From Eledone cirrhosa (taxonomy: Eukaryota): DNA of 64,000 nt. Positions 45,545 through 61,387 of this stretch are shown in pieces. Positions within the stretch are counted from its first letter, which is position 1; each line of letters opens with the position of its first letter. Location of the stretch: the NCBI GenBank assembly GCA_964016885.1, contig OZ024748.1, positions 5,022,001 through 5,086,000 of the forward strand. The letters are read 5' to 3'. The notes beneath the pieces were generated by a model that worked only from the letters and a program-made list of their open reading frames with translations, made no database searches and was not told the origin of the DNA. The position numbers were made by a program, and so were the translations under genes.

Positions 45545-45726
45545 TGCGTTTGTTTGTGTGTGTGTGTATCCCCCATGGGGGCAATAAAGGGGCATATTTT
45601 TTTAAATTGAACATGTATTTTAATATGTATATGATTCCATAAAAGAATTCCATAAAAGGTACATAAGTGCGCGCGCACGCTCACATATATGTATTTATAT
45701 GCATATATATATATATATATATATAT

Positions 45727-45904
45727 ATAGGAAAAAGTATGACCCCGACGGCAGAGCTCAAGCCTAATTGTCAAGAAATAGCCGTCGAAACGGCTTGAGC
45801 TCTGCCGTCGGGGTCATACTTTTTCCTATTTCCCACTCTACTACCCTAAGTATTGAGTACTCTGGTGTGTTATGGTCCATCTGGTCCCTTACCACAATTC
45901 CTTT

Positions 45905-45908
<4 letters not shown>
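45727..45908 (+). mobile_element. Family C fold-back element with hammerhead 3' half
   Basis: GAAA-CGGC ttgagctct GCCG-TC|GGGGTC; arms 45727-45764 and 45792-45829; relatives near 20305, 20783, 41480, 44871, 46612 and 62578. Confidence 0.8.
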
Positions 45909-45952
<44 letters not shown>

Positions 45953-45993
45953 ATATATATAATAATATAATATACACGTTTATATTGTATATA

Positions 45994-46039
<46 letters not shown>

Positions 46040-46562
46040 ATATTGTATACGTATAATATACACATTTATATTGTGTATATATATATATATATATATATAG
46101 TAATAATAGTAAATGTGAAGACTAAAATCCGAAGAGGGCTCGATAAGGATATAATATATATGAAAATATATAAAACCTTAATAAATATATATACACACAC
46201 ATACATACATTAAAACGAGGGCGATCAGTTGAAGAAAACTAATATCATGGAATATCGCAAGATATCACATATTTATCAACCACTCTCCCGATAATTTATA
46301 AATATATGGTGTTATTCGTTAAGATGTTCCTCTTTAGTTTCGTTAAATATGTAGTATTTGAAGCTAAGGAAAGTGATACTAAAGCATGCAATATTATTTA
46401 TTCATATAAGTAAACTGTTTTCCTGTATATCGCTAACTATGACGGTTGTAATATCAGTAATATCACCACCACTGATATCAATGGAGATAATAGAGGATGT
46501 TATTTATGTAAGCCTGTTTCTGTTACTACTTCAATAATGGCACCTCTTAACATGTAATCGTG

Positions 46563-46611
<49 letters not shown>

Positions 46612-46613
<2 letters not shown>

Positions 46614-46857
46614 CGAAGGAAATGTGGTAAGGAACCAGGTGGACGATAACGCACCAAAGTAGTCAATACTTAGGGTAGTAGAGTGGGTAATATGAACGAG
46701 TAGGACCCCGACGGCTGAGCTCAAGCCGTTTCGACGGCTAATTCTGGACTAAATGACAATTTTTATCCTCATTTAAGATTAAAAAAATTTTCATTTAGCC
46801 CAGAATTTGCCGTCGAAACGGCTTGAGCTCAGCCGTCGGGGTCCTACTCGTTCCTAT
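46612..46857 (-). mobile_element. Family C element with inverted duplication
   Basis: Minus-strand copy with tail at 46612-46750 and plus-strand partial copy at 46795-46857. Confidence 0.8.
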
Positions 46858-46964
46858 ATATATATATATATATATATATAAATCAAGAAAGAAGAGTGAC
46901 ATGGTTTGCTATACAATAAGGGGCACATCTAAGTGGACTACCTATAACAATAATTTGTTATCCC

Positions 46965-47125
<161 letters not shown>

Positions 47126-47194
47126 TGTATGATGATAAATATTCAAATACATACATATTTATTCGTATATATCTACATATATACTGATATATAA

Positions 47195-47239
<45 letters not shown>

Positions 47240-47316
47240 TACAAATATACATATGAACATACATAATGATATCTAGATGTATACAAAATATTTCTATATC
47301 TATATCTATATGTGTG

Positions 47317-47388
<72 letters not shown>

Positions 47389-47717
47389 TACATATATACA
47401 TATTCTGAAATCAAATCAATGTGCAAGGCTTTCCTTAGTGCACTAATTACTACGTCAAAGTCAACGGGGAGGGAGGGAGGTTCTTTCTGGAGACTAACTC
47501 TGGGCGCATGCGCGCTTTCTAATGCACCAAGGGTAGGTGTGACTCCAATGGGTCTAGGTGTCAAGGTTCGTTGAATGTTGCTAATGTATTTTCACCATAG
47601 GGAGCAGTGATGGGTGTAATCTATTTAAGGGCAAAACTGCAAAAAATATTTGTGTATTGGGGATATTTTAAAATAAATCATGTGCAACATGGACTTGGCG
47701 GTGGTCTGTAATCCGGG

Positions 47718-47798
<81 letters not shown>

Positions 47799-48131
47799 TA
47801 GAGGGAGAGAGAGCGATAGGTGGAGGGGAGGCATATACCACGAAACCCACACACATAGTTCCAGACGAATATCAGGGAATGCAATGTAAGCAGTATGCTA
47901 TTGTGGCACTGGATATATATATATATATAATATATATATATATATATAAATAAATATAATATATATATGTAATTATATATAATATATATATAAATATAAA
48001 AATATATATATATAAAAAAATTTATATAGATATAAATATAAATATATATAAATATATATATATTTATAAATATATATATATATATATAAATATATATATA
48101 AATATATATATAAATATATATATATATATAA

Positions 48132-48304
<173 letters not shown>

Positions 48305-48574
48305 CAAGCATATATATAAAAGTATATATATATATATATATATATATATACAAGTAATATATATATATATAAGTAAAAGGTTTAAGAGAATCTAATAATC
48401 CGAAAAGATAGAATTTCAACTAGAGTCCAAGTAAACTCAATTTCCAGGATGAAAAGCCAGTGTAGTAATCCAACGAATTTGAGGGTCAACGTATGTGGAT
48501 AAGAGATTGCGACATCACTGGACTTGTTATTTTTCTCTTTTCAAATTTACAATATAGTCATTGATTTCTCATTC

Positions 48575-48642
48575 TATTTTCTGATGAAGGACTTTCGTCC
48601 GAAACATTAACACTATTTTCCTACTATATCAAACGTAAAACA
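48575..48642 (+). ncRNA. Hammerhead core, family K
   Basis: CTGATGA-A-GGAC tttc GTCC-GAAA-C; stems I and III ambiguous; downstream tail resembles 41672-41740. Confidence 0.6.
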
Positions 48643-48797
48643 AATAATATATTTCTACATTATACTGTGTCGTTTATTTCGTTATTTCTGTTGGTATATA
48701 TAGTTTAATAAATGAACAGAACAAAACACAGAGAGGCTGTACAAATGATATTAGTATTAGTTTCACGCTTGAGACTGAGGGAGGGCGATATATATAT

Positions 48798-48838
<41 letters not shown>

Positions 48839-48965
48839 TGTTTCTACTTTTGGCACAAGGCTAGCAATTATCCCAGTACAATAATAACAAATGTGAAGAC
48901 TAATTTCAGAAGATCCCGCGAAGGGTGAACCCTGCGATTCTTGGCCAAAACTATAATCTGTTATG

Positions 48966-49047
<82 letters not shown>

Positions 49048-49367
49048 TTCATTAGTCTTTTATATTTGAATAAAATCCAGAGTAAACTTATTAATAAGGG
49101 AGGAAGTTAAACATGGAAGTGTGTATATGTATATCTGTATGTATATATTAGTGTGTGAATATTTCTGTGTGTGAATGTGTAGGTAAATTAATAGGGTCAG
49201 TTAGTAACATTTAATTTTCGTGGATCATACACGTATTATATGCAGAGTGTGGCCGGCCCGGTTGTGAGCACGCACACACACACACACACACACTCATATA
49301 TATATATACATACATATCTATCTATATACATATAAATATGTATATATATACATACATTCACACTCAA

Positions 49368-49410
<43 letters not shown>

Positions 49411-49452
49411 CAATATATTAACAAATGGAAACTATATTTATAAAACCATATT

Positions 49453-49518
49453 TATTTTATTATACATATTTCAAGGGCATCCAAGGCAAATTATGGTGCG
49501 CTTTCATCAGATAAAATA
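49453..49518 (-). ncRNA. Type I hammerhead ribozyme, family B
   Basis: Minus strand: TATTTTAT-CTGATGA-AAGCGCACCA...TGGATGCCCTT-GAAA-TATGTA-TA|ATAAAATA. Confidence 0.85.
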
Positions 49519-49630
49519 CAGATTTGTTTTATAAATAAATATTGACATACCCGGAAAAAAGACAACCTTAACGGTTGGAGATTCCTGGATAGTTAAGCTT
49601 CTTGAATCACAACAAATTAAATATAACCTC

Positions 49631-49750
<120 letters not shown>

Positions 49751-49992
49751 TATATATTTTTTTAACATAAAAACAGGTAGAATTCCCAAAACTAATCAGA
49801 TCAGAGCAAACAGCACGGACACTCTAACTCAAAATTATTTTTGAAAAGCATTTAGAAATGCGCAACCGGTAAAAACTTAAAAACTTAAAACCACAACCGA
49901 ATACTAACCCATACAATCACTAATACTCTTTTATTCCTAATTAAACCATTTTTCAACTGTGAACAATTTGTCAGCATTTTCTATTCCGTTTA

Positions 49993-50073
<81 letters not shown>

Positions 50074-50131
50074 ATACTTTGGGAGGGTCATGTTGCTAAA
50101 CAAATTCAGAAACGAAATATATATATATATA

Positions 50132-50434
50132 TATATAGAGATTACAGTAATCAAAGTTCAGTTTAAGTCATTTATTTGCTTACAATTGTTTCCTCCAAAC
50201 CTCGGTTTGGATGAAACAATTGTAAGCAAATAAATGACTTAAACTGAACTTTGATTAGTGTAATCTCTATATAACTGTTCTGTATAACAACTGATGTTAT
50301 TACATTGAGCTATTTATCTTATTGGTAATAGGATAGTAATTAAAGACTATCTCTCACTATTTAGGGTTTGTGTATATATAATAAATTACCATCAAAGGTT
50401 TTATTGCATACATAACCATAAATAGTACCCTTAA

Positions 50435-50438
<4 letters not shown>
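50132..50438 (+). mobile_element. Family I fold-back element (about 68-bp arms) plus tail
   Basis: Apex CCAAACC tc GGTTTGG, followed by AT-GAAA-CAATTG-TA|AGC; (TA)n on both sides. Confidence 0.8.
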
Positions 50439-50473
<35 letters not shown>

Positions 50474-51373
50474 ATACACTAACAGAGAAAGCTTTAAGCA
50501 ATACTCCGACAGACTTCCGTCTCACTCAACAAACATTAGGATATACCTTAGTATAATCCCAATTATACGTTTGGAGTGCTAACTATACGAATTTTGCGGA
50601 TAGCCAGTTGTATTATTTTATATGAGATCTATACACATCCATATTACATGCTATTTTGTATTATATTAGACTATAAAATATTATATTGTATACAATATAT
50701 ATAAATTTCTCATCTGGAATCTTGTAAAACAAATAGAGAAACGAAATATATATTATATATGTATGATATTTTATATATTAAACCTTTGTTTCGCTTTGCT
50801 GGGAATGGTAGAGCAACTTACAACAACAGCATTTCTATCAATGTCAAAGTTCAGCTTATATCTTCCCATGTCTACATAGAGAAATTCAAGTGATAATACA
50901 AAAAATCGATATATTTGGTGAGCATTAATGCTTCTGTGATTCCAATCTCGCAAAAGTTCACTTTACCATTTATTCAAACAAGATTCAACACTAAATGAGT
51001 ACCAGAATGTCTAGAAGGTCAAGTCACAAGTTATGTATGTGTATATACATGTATGTATGTATGTATGTATGTATGTATGTATGTATGTATGTATGTATGT
51101 ATGTATGTATGTATATATATATATATGTATGTATTCATGTATGTGTGCATGTATGAATGTATGTTTATGTGTGCATGAATGTATGCATATGTATGTATGT
51201 ATATATGTATGTATATATGTGTGTATATATGTATGTATGTGTGTATGTATGTAAGTATTGAGATCTGGCCTATATATATATTAGAGTAACCAATGAGATT
51301 TCAGAAGGCAGGAAAATTTAACAGGAAAGTTCCATATCTGCATGGATGCATTTATGTAAATAAAAAATATATT

Positions 51374-51535
<162 letters not shown>

Positions 51536-51743
51536 TTTACATACCTATATATAATATATATATAAATGTATATATGTATACAAGCGTCTTAGTGTATATG
51601 TACTTACGTATGTGTAATTATATTTACAGTATAGTATATAGTTAAAAGGTGATTTGTTTATAGAAAATTCCTTTAAACTGTTCTATATTCGCGTATAATA
51701 TTTTGCGTCTATATATATATTTATGTATATATTTGTATATATT

Positions 51744-51799
<56 letters not shown>

Positions 51800-52244
51800 C
51801 ATATATATATATATACATACATATACATATATACACATATATATATACTTATATTTATACATATATATATATACATACAAGTGTAAACGGCTTGGCGTCG
51901 CGGTCGGTATAACACATCACTCTCTCTTCCTACTCACACACACACACACATATATATATATATACTGAAATTCATATACACCAAGCATACATACATATGT
52001 GAATTTTACTTCCCCCTCAAACCTGTCTCTGTAGACCCGGCGTGTATAGTTTCTGCAGAAGTGAGACACCAAAATATTTCCGCCAGTGGAATTTCATTGA
52101 TTTCATTAGGATATATTATATAGTGGAATAATGGCATTGATATCGATCTTAAGGCTGGCACTTCGATCAACAATGAAAAAATAGCTGTTATATATATATA
52201 TATAATACATAAACATATATGTTTCATATATATATATATATCAT

Positions 52245-52299
<55 letters not shown>

Positions 52300-52322
52300 T
52301 ATATTATTATTATTATTATTAT

Positions 52323-52367
<45 letters not shown>

Positions 52368-52396
52368 AATATATGTTTCATATATACATATATCAT

Positions 52397-52437
<41 letters not shown>

Positions 52438-52491
52438 TGTTTCTCATATATATATATATGTATATATATATATACATATATATATATATAC

Positions 52492-52537
<46 letters not shown>

Positions 52538-52672
52538 CATCGTTCACCTATATATACATTTAATGCGGTCCAAATATATACTCACTTTGACAATAACAAT
52601 TTCTATGTTGCTATAATTCAATTCTATCTGATTAAATAAACATTATACTTTGGTAAATAGCGCGGAATAGGT

Positions 52673-52731
<59 letters not shown>

Positions 52732-52916
52732 TATATGTATATATATATAGTTGTTATTATTGTATTTTGTTGAAGAGTACATTACCTCGAGATACAATTA
52801 AATTACTCAAAATGTAAGAATGTACAACTTGCAGCGTTCATGATCCTTACAGGATCAAAACGCTACTGACCTTTCAAAAACACAATATATATAGCCTTAA
52901 AATACGCACATCATCC

Positions 52917-52958
<42 letters not shown>

Positions 52959-52973
52959 CAATTATATATATAT

Positions 52974-53046
<73 letters not shown>

Positions 53047-53084
53047 TATATATATATATAGATAGATATAGATATATAAATATG

Positions 53085-53252
53085 ATAATAAGGGCGCTGC
53101 GGAGTTGCAAATGGGTTACATATGAAAAAGTTTGTCCTTCATCAGTGATCTTCCAACTATCATAGGCATTTCATCGCTTTAAAAGCCATATACCTCCGGT
53201 TGCGATGAAATGCCTATGATAGTTGGAAGATCACTGATGAAGGAAAAACTTT

Positions 53253-53260
<8 letters not shown>
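53085..53260 (-). mobile_element. Family J fold-back element
   Basis: Arms 53120-53177 and 53202-53260; diverged relative at 20460-20552. Confidence 0.75.
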
Positions 53261-53292
<32 letters not shown>

Positions 53293-53297
<5 letters not shown>

Positions 53298-53519
53298 CAA
53301 AAGATGGTTAAAAGAATTCCATGTATTTTATTATGCACATTTGAAAAACAAATATCATCATGGGATGATATTTGGGTTCTCATCAGATAAAATAGGGAGA
53401 CATGATATGAAGCTTGAAAAATACTTGCGAGCAGTGAAGTGTTAAATCATCATATATCGGATATATATACTTATCCGATATATGTATTGCTTTATTGTGC
53501 TACAATATAACTCACCTCC

Positions 53520-53522
<3 letters not shown>
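53293..53522 (-). mobile_element. Relative of the 19620 element with a mutated hammerhead (GAAA to CAAA)
   Basis: Shares both ends (TGTAGGAGGTGAGTT..., ...TTTAACCATCTTTTGAT) with 19620-19775; hammerhead at 53324-53394. Confidence 0.75.
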
Positions 53523-53580
<58 letters not shown>

Positions 53581-53885
53581 ATATATAATTTTGGTCTTTT
53601 CCAAGATCCATTGTCTGGAACTAAAATAACCCCAAGAGAAACGTATACATGTACTTTTACCTACATCTGCACAAATATTTATATTATTTTTATTTTTATT
53701 ATATTATTATTAATAATAATATTATTATTATTATGTTTTTACACGGTTCACCTCATCATTTGGAAATGTGGATATTTAATTTGTTTATGTTTCACTTAAA
53801 TGTATTTATATTTTTTATGGGGTTGGAAACTGGGGCCCGAATATAGAAATATTTAAATATGAAAAATATTTTACACATACAATAT

Positions 53886-53930
<45 letters not shown>

Positions 53931-54009
53931 CAGACACACACACACACACACACTCACACACACACTCACACACACACACTCACACACACACATACACACA
54001 CACACACAC

Positions 54010-54040
<31 letters not shown>

Positions 54041-54118
54041 ACCACACAGAAATACACGAACGCACGCACATGCATATATTTTATGTATTTGATTAGAAAT
54101 ACACAATCACACACACAT

Positions 54119-54181
<63 letters not shown>

Positions 54182-54415
54182 TTATATATATATATACGAA
54201 GTGAAAGCTTATAAAAAATATTCTCCCGTGAGAGAAGACATTCCCCTGAATATAAAAACAAACCGTTTAGGATATTATTGATTGTAAAAACACATTCTTC
54301 CACTCTTTTTCTCTCTATATATATGTATATATATATATAAACTCATAAATATATATATACATACATACATATATAAATATAGTATATATATACATATATA
54401 AATATATATATTTAT

Positions 54416-54490
<75 letters not shown>

Positions 54491-54581
54491 TACGTGTGGG
54501 TTCGCGTATGAGACTTTGTGTGATTTTATGTATTTATGAAATATTTAAATTATAATTTAATTCCCAAGGCAACTATACAAC

Positions 54582-54673
<92 letters not shown>

Positions 54674-55117
54674 CTCTCTAATTATTCATGCATTCGCTAT
54701 TAGATTTGGTCGCCACTCAAGCAAGCACATATTCAGTATGTTATGTATATATATATATATATATATGCGTGTGTTTACATATAGACAAATATATATAAAT
54801 ATATATCCGTATATAGACATATATATATATGTATATATAGACATGCATATACGTATATATCTACATATATACGTATATCCAGTCGCCAACCAATAAACGT
54901 AATGAAGGAGTAACCACTCGTCCTTGTTTTATTTTATTATATATATATTTCGTTTCTAAATTTGTTTAGCAAGATTCTTTATCTGAAAACGTGTGTTGAA
55001 ACCGATATTGTTATACTTTGGGAGGGTCATGTCGCCAATAAGAAACACACGCAGAACTCCCCACGCTCTTCTACCACCAGAAAAGATATAAATACCACCA
55101 TATTTAATTGGACAGTC

Positions 55118-55170
55118 AGATTCCTGATGAATTCTCACGAATGAAACAATTCTAGTCCTGTAGAAGCTCT
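55118..55170 (+). ncRNA. Minimal type I hammerhead, family D
   Basis: AGATTC-CTGATGA-ATTC tcac GAAT-GAAA-CAA ttctagtc CTG-TA|GAAGCTCT. Confidence 0.8.
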
Positions 55171-56071
55171 TCAATATTAAAACTATATATATATGTATAT
55201 ATATACACACACAGACACTATATATATAGGTATATATATATATTTATATATATTAATATATTCATAGATGTATATATACAATTATGTGATATGGTATGAT
55301 GTTGGTTGCTGCACAAGAACGACCATACAAAAATGTGTACAACAGTGTTCATAAACACAATGTCATCTGTTTGAATACTCAACTCAGTGGTTTCTCTACT
55401 GTATTTAAAATGAAGTGGTCACTCTTCTGTGGTAAGGCTGTATGTATTTAATAGGGGGAAACCATGTAGAGAGGGAATATTGGTAGAATAGTTGGTGGTT
55501 GTGGCACTAACTGTTGTGGTCCTATCCTTAATATGTTATGTTGTAGTATTAATAGTGTTGGTTGTTGTTATATTCGTGATACTTCTGGCCTCAGTGTTGG
55601 TGGTTATAGCGACGCTGGTTGTGATATTATTTTCCATCGTTGTGAGTTTATTGGTAGCCGTTGTGGTGACAGTGTACGGAGTTATTCTGGCCTAAGAAGG
55701 TCGCTTGTGAGGTTAGTAATGCGGGCTGTCGCTTTAGTTGATGGCTGGAGCGTTATTTTCAGTGCTTGTGAGGTTAGCTGTAGTCGGTTAGGTGATATTG
55801 TTCGGGCTGTTTCTTGTTTTAATGGAGTCGGTTGAGACGTTAGTAATTTGGATTGTGGCTATAGTTTTGATGGGTGAGGCTTTATTATCATTGGTTGTAT
55901 GTCACAAAGGTACGCGTTGATGTTGATGTATTGACCGCTTTGCAACATTTGATACACCAGTGATAGAGAAAGAGGATTAAGTCGATTTTTCAGAAAGAAC
56001 TGCATCTAGTTATAATAATTCACATAAACACAAAAATACACATATAGATATACATATATATTCATTCACTA

Positions 56072-56133
<62 letters not shown>

Positions 56134-56282
56134 GCACACACACATATATATAACAACTCTGCGTGAGCCTCATTGCATTGAGCTTTTAAGGATCCCGTAA
56201 AGCAGTTTTAATAATCCAATTATTAATAATATGATTATTATTACCACTATTACATATATTTATATATATATATATATATATC

Positions 56283-56505
56283 TAGAAGTGGTTACACAAC
56301 AGTTAGTTGACCATACCGAGAACAATTGTTTCACTTTAGCGGATCCTCAGCTCGTAATGAACCCATTACGAGCTGAGGATCCACTAAGGTGAAACAATTG
56401 TTCTCGGTATGGTGAACTAACTGTTGTGTAATCACTTCTACCTAACTCGTCCCATCGACTGAGTGCTCCACCACTACGGATATTACCTTCCAGTGTTCTA
56501 TCACT
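56283..56505 (+). mobile_element. Family E fold-back element (77-bp arms) with hammerheads on both strands
   Basis: Plus 56367-56409: TACGAG-CTGAGGA-TCC actaa GGT-GAAA-CAATTG-TT|CTCGGTA; mirror copy at 56314-56356. Confidence 0.85.
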
Positions 56506-56852
56506 ATATATATATGTATAAATACATACATATATATATACATACATATATGTGTGTGTATATATATATATACACACACACATATATATATGTATTTATA
56601 GCTATATTTAAATTATAATACATAAATACATAATTTAACGGCCATAGATCACTTGATACTTTGAAACAAGTTATTTTATATAAGCAATTCTTCTTACAAG
56701 CGTATATACAGATGTTGTAGTATATATTTGTGTGTTTATAATTCCACTGCATGTTTTTACATATGTACTCTATATGTAAACTAGCGACAGCTTGTGTATC
56801 GGCATATGTTAGGGTGTAATGTCGAGGTGTGTGTACATATATACATACATGC

Positions 56853-56889
<37 letters not shown>

Positions 56890-57024
56890 CACATATATGT
56901 ATATATATATGTATGTATATATGTCTATGTGTGTGTATGTGTATGCATATATATATATATATATATATATATACGTGTATATACTTATATTATATATATA
57001 TATATATATATACGTGTATATACT

Positions 57025-57069
<45 letters not shown>

Positions 57070-57429
57070 TGTGAGGGTGCGTGTGTGTGTGTGTGTGCAT
57101 GTGTGTGTGTGTGCGTGTGTGGGTGTTTAATTATTTATTTGCATATATTTAACCTTGTACAAGAACGTCAACAATATACAAAATAAAACAAATTTATTAC
57201 ATGCTATGTTGGAGGGCTACAAAGAAACAAGAAGAAAAAACTATAATTAACGGTTAATTAAATTAATGACGTCACAAAGTTCAGATTTTCAGAGGGGAGT
57301 GGGAATGAAATCTGACCTTTTAGGGTGAGCCCTTTAAACAGATAAAAGAGAATTATTGTTGTTGTTGTTGTTGTTGGAGTGATTGTGTTGATTGTATTGT
57401 GGTTGGTGAAAATAGCAGTAGATTTTGCT

Positions 57430-58205
57430 GTGGTGGTCGTGGTGGGAGGTGCAGTGGTGGTTGTGGTGGTTGTAGTAGTGGTTGTGGTCGGTGTAGTGGT
57501 GGTTATTGTGGGTGTAGTGGTGGTTGTGGTCGGTGTAGTAGTGGTTGTGGTCGGTGTAGTGGTGGTTATTGTGGGTGTAGTGGTGGTTGTGGTCGGTGTA
57601 GTAGTGGTTGTGGTGGTTGTAGTAGTGGTTGTGATGGGTGTAGTGGTGGTTGTTGTGGGTGTAGTGGTGGTTGTGGTGGGTGTAGTGTTGGTGGTGGTGG
57701 GGGTTGTCATGGTGTAATGATGGGTGTAGTGGTGGTTGTGGTGGGTGTAGTGGTGGTTGTGGTGGGTGTAGTGTTGGTGGTGGTGGGGGTTGTCATGGTG
57801 TAATGATGGGTGTAGTGGTGGTTGTGGTGGGTGTAGTGCTGGTTGTGGTGGGTGTCATGGTGGTTATTGTGGGTGTAGTGGTGGTTGTGGTTGGTGTAGT
57901 GGTGGTTGTGGTGGGTGTTATGATGGTTGTGGTGGGTGTAGTGGTGGTTGTGGTCGGTATAGTGGCTGTTGTAGTGGGTTTCGTAGTGGATGTAGTGGTG
58001 GTGGTTGTGGTTGGCGTAGTGGTTGTTGGGTGGGTGAAGTGTAGTGATGGTTGTGGTCGGTGTAGTGATAGTTGTTGTAGTGGGTTTAGCGGTGGATGTG
58101 GTGCTGTATGTAGTGGTGGTTGTGGTGAGTGTAGTGGTGGTTGTGGTGGGTGTAGTGGTGGTTGTGGTGGGTGTAGTGGTGGGTTTAATGGTGGTTATGG
58201 TGGTG
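57430..58205. repeat. GT-rich 21-bp-based minisatellite
   Basis: GGTGTAGTGGTGGTTGTGGTG-type units. Confidence 0.85.
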
Positions 58206-60107
58206 AAGATTTTTTGTGGTGGTTGATTTTGTTTTATTATTTTAAACCGGAAATGAACCACAGATTTTTGTAGCTGTTTATTTTTTTAAACCGGAAATAA
58301 CACGTTGTTGTTTGGTCCCATATTCTTTCACAGATCAAAGTAAATTCTATAATCAAAGAATTTCTCTCGTGAACATCCCATTCTTTAATTATTCAGACAT
58401 AGTTTATCTAGGACTATATTATCTAATATTTAACTTGGAGTTGTTGCTACTGTTGCTGCTGTTGTCAATGTTTTTAGTTTTGAATTGTTTTTATTTTTGT
58501 TATTCTTGCTAATATTTTTAAAAATAATTTTTCTTATATTGTTTTTATTATTGTTGTTAGTATTATTTTTTAATACTTTTTGTTACTACTGATTCTGTTG
58601 CTGTTTCTGTTGTTTTGGTTGATAATTCACTAAATAAAAGGTGTGCTAGAAATTAAATAAATGGCGATGCCCCAGCATGGCCTCAACCAGTCAGCTGAAA
58701 CACATAATAGAGTAATGTGACATTTTTTTAGCTGCCTCAGTCAATCACTAGTTTTCGCCTGTTCTATAATTTAATAGTTTTAAATATTTTTCCCTTTAAT
58801 GTTTATTTAATGAAAAACAAAATGGAAGTGATAAAGTGAGAGTTTACGATTTTCTATTTGATTGCCGCCATTTGTATCTTAAACATGGAAGCAGCGTTCT
58901 TCTACAGAAACAATATCTCATTTTAGGTGAACAGCAATCTCCTATAAATTTTATAAACATTGATTCTGACATTATTATTTTTGTTTGTTTGATTATGGAC
59001 TGTTTTGTTTTTACCAGTTTCGTTGTATATAAAACAGCCATACTGGAGCAAGGTCTTTAAGTAATTTAATCGATCAAATTGCGCCCCAGTCTTCATTTTG
59101 TTTAGGTTTGATAATTATTTAACGATCTATTTTTGTCGAATCACAACTTATAGGACGTAAATAGAACAGACCCACCCACACAAACACCATAGATGTTAAT
59201 AGATATTTTGAATTTCAACTTCAGTGTCATCAAAATCAAAATCCTAATCGTTGTTGACATCCGCACCGGTGAAGGTCTTAGTCCTGGCTTTATTGGTACC
59301 GAATGTACTTGAGTTGCGAGGACGATTCTATTTCATTATGATGCATGCCATGATGTTCTAAACAACGGTTTATGTGGGAACAGTTTATTCACCATGCTCA
59401 GATTAGTCACTGATGACTCTGGTTTTGCACGTAAAAAATAGGTTTAACCCGCCAGCAGGGACAGCTGCCAATGTGTGAATGGAAGACCTCACGGAGCCAA
59501 AGGTGAGAGATAAGAGAAAACCAATGTACTTAACCATTCCTGAGGGTGCTTCAGTTGGGCATCTTTGTATTATCTTTACCTGCTCACTATGCATACATTA
59601 GACAAACACACACATGTACACTCACACGCACACAAATATATATTTGCTGTTGATGCTGGCGTTTGGGACGGGGGAAACCACAGCTAAATTACGGTACTCA
59701 ATACATTGAGAAGATAATATATATCTATTTGTTGAACATGTGACATATAAGGAACTAGTTTTGTTTCCACCATAAATAACCCATACGCATAAAACCGTAC
59801 ATATAAGCTCCGGATATATAACTCTGTGTGTATGTATGTAAGCATGTATATATCTATGAAGGTTTGCATATTTGTATGAATATGTGAGTGTGTTTGTAAG
59901 CGTATTAATATGAGTGAGCGTCTATGTGTGTAGACGTTTGTGTATGTGTGTAAGAGAAACAGAGTGAGGGGTGTGTGTTGCTTGTCTCTGTTACTCGCCA
60001 ACATCAACATCGTTTATATGTTTAAATTATGTTGGGTTCAGTATTTCCACTTGTAGTGGAGCAAGTGGGAGACACAGAGAGGCAGAGAAGGAGAGGGAAA
60101 AGGAAAT

Positions 60108-60182
<75 letters not shown>

Positions 60183-60750
60183 GAGAGTGTGGGTTAGTGA
60201 GAGACATTAGATTATCCGCCATTTTAGCAAGAGTTATAAAAATCTGTCAGTACGCACAATAAATAGGGCCATAAAGTATTTTGATGAAAACACCTTAACT
60301 GATATATTATTGAATGTTTATAGTGAGCACACGTCACTGTAGAGTGGCACACATTAGAGGGGAAAGGGGAAGGTGATAGAGAGAGAGAGAGAGGGGGGAG
60401 GGGTGTAGGTGGTGGAGGGCATTTAGAGGTTTTCCTTTCATAGAATCAAAACGTTTTAATCACATTTATAAAGAAATCCAAGGAGATGATGATGTGTAAG
60501 TATATACATATTTAAAACAAACTTTCTCTCGTCGATGTTAGCATTGGTTGCTAATATCAGTATTTCCTGTTTTAACTCCCCCATATTTTATTAAAGACAG
60601 GGTATATGGAGACCATCTTCCTCTAATACGCAACGCCTTCTTTTTCAAGACTTTATATTGCTGTTTCATGGAAATTTGACTGTTATTTCTAGAATGAGTA
60701 GCAGTTTCATAGGTTTTATAACAGATAACAGATAACAGATATATAGGCAT

Positions 60751-60966
60751 ATAATAATTGTTCCTACATTTAGGCACAAGTCCAGCAATTTGATGGGAAG
60801 AGAAAAGTCGATTAAATCGACCCCAGTGTGTAACTGGTGTTTATTTTATCGACCCCGTGAGGATAAAAGGCAAAGCTAACTTTGGTGGAATTTGAACTCA
60901 GAACATAAAGGGTCGTGACTCATTGCCACAAAGCCTGTAGTCCGACGCTCCACCGATACTGCCAGT
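60751..60966 (-). mobile_element. Full-length SINE (longer-tail subfamily)
   Basis: Tail, core, reverse B-box GGAATTTGAACTC and head. Confidence 0.85.
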
Positions 60967-61353
60967 ATGTGGGAAGAAAAGACGGAATATACAAACACGA
61001 GAGAGAGAGAGAGAGAGAGAGAGTAAGGTGGAGGGTGAGATGGGGAGTAGATCCTTGTTAAGAGGAGAAAAAAGTATTAAAGTGTCACTTTAAAAGCTAA
61101 GTGTGGTGGTAATAATTTTAAATGTAATGTTAAAATAGATATAATGAATAATTTAACAGAGGGAAAGGGTGAGTATTCCGTTATAAAATAAGGTGGTAGT
61201 AGTAGGAGGAGTGGGAGGGTTAAATGTAATGTAGAAATGTATACAATGAATATGAGGAAAATGGGGGCGGATTGGATATAAAGACTAGTGAACTCTTGGT
61301 ATATTAATGAATATATTTATAATACAGGGTTAGATGGGATAAATGTGAGATAT

Positions 61354-61387
<34 letters not shown>

